From Vicinamibacterales bacterium (GTDB lineage: Bacteria > Acidobacteriota > Vicinamibacteria > Vicinamibacterales > UBA8438), in assembly GCA_965203565.1 (NCBI GenBank), contig OZ241896.1, forward strand, positions 876,182 through 940,181: a DNA stretch of 64,000 nt, in the 5' to 3' direction. The translations under genes were made by a program, and so were the position numbers. Within the stretch, counting starts at the first letter, position 1. Each line of letters begins with the position of its first letter. Below are positions 55,001 through 61,000 of the stretch, piece by piece. The notes under the pieces were generated by a model. That model made no database searches, was not told the origin of the DNA, and worked only from the letters and a program-made list of their open reading frames with translations.

Positions 55001-58000
55001 GTGCGAACGCGGCGGCCGGGGACTTCCGGTTGAGCAGCAATGCGACGCTCACCATTGCAGCCGGGAGCACGAGCAGCAGCGGGACGGTCACGGTCACCGC
55101 GGTGGACAACTCCACCGACGAGGCGGACAAGAGCGTGACGGTGTCGGGTTCGGCGACCAACTCGCAGGGAATCACGCAGCCGGCGGCGGTGACGCTGACG
55201 ATCACCGACGACGACGATGCGCCCACGCTGTCGATCGACGCGCCGAGCGTGACGGAGGGCGACAGCGGCTCGGCGAACCTGACGTTCACGGTGAGTCTGA
55301 GTCCGGCCAGCGGCCGGCAGGTGACGGTGAACTACGCGGAGGGAACGGGCGGCACGGCGACGTCGGGTACGGACTACACGGCGCTGAGCGGCGGGATGCT
55401 GACGTTCGCGGCGGGGGACACGAGCAAGACGGTGACGGTGCAGGTGCGTGGGGACACGACCGACGAGCCGCACCAGACGGTGGTGGTGCAGTTGAGCGGG
55501 CCGACGAACGCGAGCCTTGCGACGGCTTCCGGAACGGGAACGATCCGGGACGACGACGCCTTGCCGTCGCTGTCGGTCAGTTCACCGAGCGTGACGGAGG
55601 GGGACAGCGGAACGAAGAACCTGACGTTCACGGTGACGTTGAGCGCGGCGAGCGAGAAGCGTGTCCGTACGGTGTTCGCGCTGACGGGGGGCACGGCGAC
55701 GCTGGGCACGGACTACACGACGACGCTGGGGAGGAACCCGCCCCGGTCGTCGCTGGTGTTCTCGGCGGGTCAGACGAGCCGGTCGGTGTCGGTGACGGTG
55801 CGGGGGGACACGACGGACGAGCCGGACGAGACGGTGGTGGCGCGGCTGTCCGGTGCGCAGAACGCGGTGATCGGGACGGGAACGGGGACAGGGACGATCA
55901 CGAACGACGATGCGGCGCCGACGGTGACGGCGAATGCGGGATCGGACCAGACGGTGGACGAGGGCGACTCGGTGAGCCTGTCGGGAAGCGGTTCGGGTCC
56001 TGCCGGCGAGGCGCTGAGCTACGCGTGGCGTCAGACGGGGGGCAGTCCGAGCGTGACGCTGACGGGTTCGGCGACGGCGACGCCGAGCTTCACGGCGCCG
56101 AACCTGACGTCGAACGCGACGTTGACGTTCACGCTGACAGTGACGGCGGGCGGTTCGAGCGCGACGGACGCGGTGGCCATCACGGTCCGGGCGGACAACG
56201 ACGGTCCGACGGCGAACGCGGGACAGGACCAGACGGTGGACGCGGGGGACACGGTGAACCTGTCGGGGAGCGGCTCGGACCCTGAGAACGAGGCGCTGAG
56301 CTATTCGTGGAGTCAGACGGGGGGCAGCCCGAACGTGAGTCTGACGGGGTCGGCGACGGCGACGCCGAGCTTCACGGCGCCGTCGGGTCTGACGTCGGAC
56401 GCGGTTCTGACGTTCACGCTGACGGTGACGGCGGGGGGCGCGAGCGCGACGGACACGGTGGCGATCACGGTCGAGGCGCCGGCCGCATTGCCGACGTTGT
56501 CGATCGATTCGCCGAGTGTGAACGAGGGGGACAGCGGCTCGGCGAACCTGACGTTCACGGTGACGTTGAGCGCGGCGAGCGCCAGCCAGGTGACGGTGGC
56601 GTATGCGGATGCGGGGACGGGGACGGCGACGTCGGGCACGGACTACACGGCGCTGCCTTCGGGGACGTTGACGTTCTCGGCGGGGGATACGAGCAAGACG
56701 ATCACGGTGTCGGTGACGGGGGACACGACGTACGAGTCCAACGAGACGGTGGTGGTGCAGTTGAGCAGTCCGACGAACGCGACGGTGTCGTCGTCTGCGG
56801 GGAGCGGGACGGGGACGATCCGGGACGACGAGCGGCCGATGCTGTCGGTGAATTCGCCGAGCGTGACGGAGGGGGACAGCGGCTCGACGAACCTGACGTT
56901 CACGGTGAGCCTGAACCCGGCGAGCGGGCGGAACGTTGCGGTGGTGTTCGGGATCACGGGGGGCACGGCGACGTCGGGTACGGACTACACGACGTCGCTG
57001 CAGAACAACCGGTTGCGTCTGCGCTTCCGGCCGGGGGAGACGAGCAAGTCGGTGTCGGTGTCGGTGCGTGGGGACACGCTCGACGAGCCGGACGAGACGG
57101 TGGTGGCGCAGTTGAGCGGGGTCTCCCTTGGCGCGGAGATCGGGACGGGAACCGGGACCGGGACGATCACGGACGACGACGACGCGCCGCCGGTGTCGAT
57201 CGGCTCGGCCAGCGTGACGGAGGGGAACAGCGGCTCGACGGATCTGACGTTCACGGTGAGTCTGGACGCGGCGAGCGGCAAGCAGGTGACGGTGAACTAC
57301 GCGGACGCGGGTACGGGGACGGCGACGTCGGGCGCGGACTACGCGGCGCTGAGTGCGGGTCGGTTGACGTTCGCGGCGGGGGAGACGAGCAAGTCGGTGT
57401 CGGTGTCGGTGCGTGGGGACACGACGGACGAGCCGGACGAGACGGTGGTGGTGCAGTTGAGCGGGGCGACGAACGCGGCGGTGTCGTCGTCTGCGGGGAG
57501 CGGGACGGGGACGATCACGGACGACGACGCGGCGCCGTTTCTGCGGACCGGCCCGGCGCGCGTGGCGGAGGGGGACAGCGGTCCGGCCTCGCTGACCTTC
57601 ACGTTGACGCTGGTGTCGGCGAGCGGGAAGTCGGTGTCGGTGGCGTATGCGGACGCGGGGACGGGGACGGCGACGAGCGGTACGGACTACGCGGCGCTGA
57701 GTGCGGGGACGTTGACGTTTGCGGCGGGTGAGACGAGCAAGACGCTCACGGTGTCGGTGACGGGGGACACGGCGACCGAGCCGAACGAGACGGTGGTGGT
57801 GTCGCTGAGCAGTCTGACGAACGCGAGGTTCCTGACGTCGAGCATGGCCAGGCTGACGGGGACGATCACGAACGACGACAGCTTCCCGACGGCGAATGCG
57901 GGACCGGACCAGACGGTGGACGAGGGCGACACGGTGAGCCTGTCGGGGAGCGGTTCGGACGCTGACGGCTCCCCGCTGAGCTATGCGTGGAGCCAGACGG

Positions 58001-61000
58001 GGGGCAGTCCGAGCGTGACGTTGACGGGTTCGACGACGGCGACGCCGAGCTTCACGGCTCCGAACCTGACGTCGGACGCGACGCTGACGTTCACGCTGAC
58101 GGTGACGGCGGACTTCGAAGGCGCGGCGGACGCGGTGGAGATCACGATCCGGGCGGACAACGACGGTCCGACGGCGAACGCGGGACCGGACCAGACGGTG
58201 GACGAGGGGGACACGGTGAACCTGTCGGGGACCGGCTCGGACCCCGAAGGCGATCCGGTGAGCTACTCGTGGAGCCAGACGGGGGGCAGTCCGAACGTGA
58301 CGTTGACGGGTTCGACGACGGCGACGCCGAGCTTCACGGCGCCGTCGGGTCTGACGTCGGACGCGGTTCTGACGTTCACGCTGACGGTGACGGCGGGGGG
58401 CGCGAGCGCGACGGACACGGTGGCGGTCACGGTCCAGGCGCCGACGCCGGCCGCATTGCCGTCGCTGTCGATCGATTCGCCGAGCGTGACGGAGGGGGAC
58501 AGCGGGACGGCGTCTCTGACGTTCACGGTGACGTTGAGCGCGGCGAGCGGCAGTGCGGTGACGGTGGGGTATGCGGACGCGGGTACGGGGACGGCGACGT
58601 CGGGCACGGACTACACGGCGCTGCCTTCGGGGACGTTGACGTTTGCGGCGGGCGAGACGAGCAAGACGGTGACGGTGCTGGTGCGTGGGGACACGACGGA
58701 CGAGGCGCACCAGACGGTGGTGGTGCAGTTGAGCGGGGCGACGAACGCGAGCATTTCGACGGCGTCCGGGACGGGGACGATCCGGGACGACGACGCCTTG
58801 CCGTCGCTGTCGGTGAACTCTCCGAGCGTGACGGAGGGGGACAGCGGAACGAAGAACCTGACGTTCACGGTGACGTTGAGCGCGGCGAGCGAGAAGCGTG
58901 TCCGTACGGTGTTCGCGCTGACGGGGGGCACGGCGACGCTGGGGACGGACTACACGACGACGCTGCTGAGGAACCGGTCGTCGCTGGTGTTCTCGGCGGG
59001 GGATACGAGCAAGTCGGTGTCGGTGTCGGTGCGTGGGGACACGACGGACGAGCCGGACGAGACGGTGGTGGCGCGATTGAGCGGCCCGCAGAACGCGGTG
59101 GTCGGGACGGGAACGGGGACGGGAACGATCACGGACGACGACGACGCGCCGACGGTGTCGATCGGTTCGGCGAGCGCGACGGAGGGGAACAGCGGGACGA
59201 CGGATCTGACGTTCACGGTGAGCCTGTCTGCGGCGAGCGGGAAGTCGGTGTCGGTGGCGTATGCGGATGCGGGGACGGGGACGGCGACGAGCGGTGCGGA
59301 CTACACGGCGCTGAGCGCGGGTCGGGTGACGTTCTCGGCGGGGGATACGAGCAAGGCGGTGACGGTGTCGGTGCGGGGAGACACGACGGACGAGCCGAAC
59401 GAGACGGTGGTGGTCACCCTGAGCAGCCCGACGAACACGAGCATCTCGACGGCGTCCGGGACGGGGACGATCACGGACGACGACGCGGCTCCGACGGTGA
59501 CGCTGGCGCTGTCGCGGAGTGCGATAGCGGAGAGCGGGACGACGAACTCGACGGCGGTGACGGCCCGCTTGAACCATGCGTCGAGCGCGGCGACGACGGT
59601 GACGGTGTCGGCGGCTGCGAGCACGAACGCGGTGAGCGGGGACTTCTCGCTGAGCAGCAACCGCACGCTGACGATAGCGGCGGGTTCGACGAGCAGCACG
59701 GGCGTGGTGACGGTGACGGCGGTGGACAACACGCAGGTTGCGGCGAACAAGAGCGTGACGGTGTCGGGTTCGGCGACGAACAGCCAGGGGATTGTGCAGC
59801 CGTCGTCGGTGACGCTGACGATCACGGAAGACGAACTGACGGTGAACGCGGGACAGGACCAGACGGTGACGGAGGGCGCCGGGGTGAGCCTGTCGGGGAG
59901 CGGTTCGGACCCTGAGAACCGTCCGTTGAGCTACTCGTGGAGCCAGACGGGGGGCAGTCCGAGCGTGACGCTGACGGGTTCGACGACGGCGACGCCGAGC
60001 TTCACGGCGCCGAACCTGACGTCGGACGCGACGCTGACGTTCACGCTGACGGTGACGGCGGGGGGCGCGAGCGGCACGGACACGGTGGCGGTCACGGTCC
60101 AGGCGGACAACGACGATCCGACGGCGAACGCGGGACAGGACCAGACGGTGACCGAGGGGGACACGGTGAACCTGTCGGGGAGCGGTTCGGATCCCGAGGG
60201 CGAGACGCTGAGCTACTCGTGGAGCCAGACGGGGGGCAGCCCGAACGTGACGTTGACGGGTTCGACGACGGCGACGCCGAGCTTCACGGCTCCGGAACTG
60301 AAGGCGAACGCGGTTCTGACGTTCACGCTGACGGTGACGGCGGGGGGCGCCAGCGCGACGGACTCGGTGGCGGTCACGGTCCAGGCGGACGACGACGGCC
60401 TGACGGTGGACGCGGGAGCGGACCAGACGGTGGACGCGGGGGACACGGTGAACCTGTCGGGGAGCGGCTCGGACCCCGAGGGCGATCCGGTGAGCTACTC
60501 GTGGAGCCAGACGGGGGGCAGCCCGAACGTGACGTTGACGGGTTCGACGACGGCGACGCCGAGCTTCACGGCGCCGAGCGTGACGGCGGACGCGACGCTG
60601 ACGTTCCGGCTGCTGGTCCGGGCGGGCAGCGACAGCGCGGCGGACACGGTCGACGTCACCGTCCGGGCGGCGGCATTGCCGACGCTGTCGATCGATTCCC
60701 CGAGCGTGAACGAGGGGGACAGCGGCTCGGCGAACCTGACGTTCACGGTGACGTTGAGCGCGGCGAGCGCCAGCCAGGTGACGGTGGCGTATGCGGACGC
60801 GGGGACGGGAACGGCGACGAGCGGGACGGACTACACGGCGCTGCCTTCGGGGACGTTGACGTTCTCGGCGGGGGATACGAGCAAGACGATCACGGTGTCG
60901 GTGACGGGGGACACGACGTACGAGTCCAACGAGACGGTGGTGGTGCAGTTGAGCAGTCCGACGAACGCGACGGTGTCGTCGTCTGCGGGGAGCGGGACGG

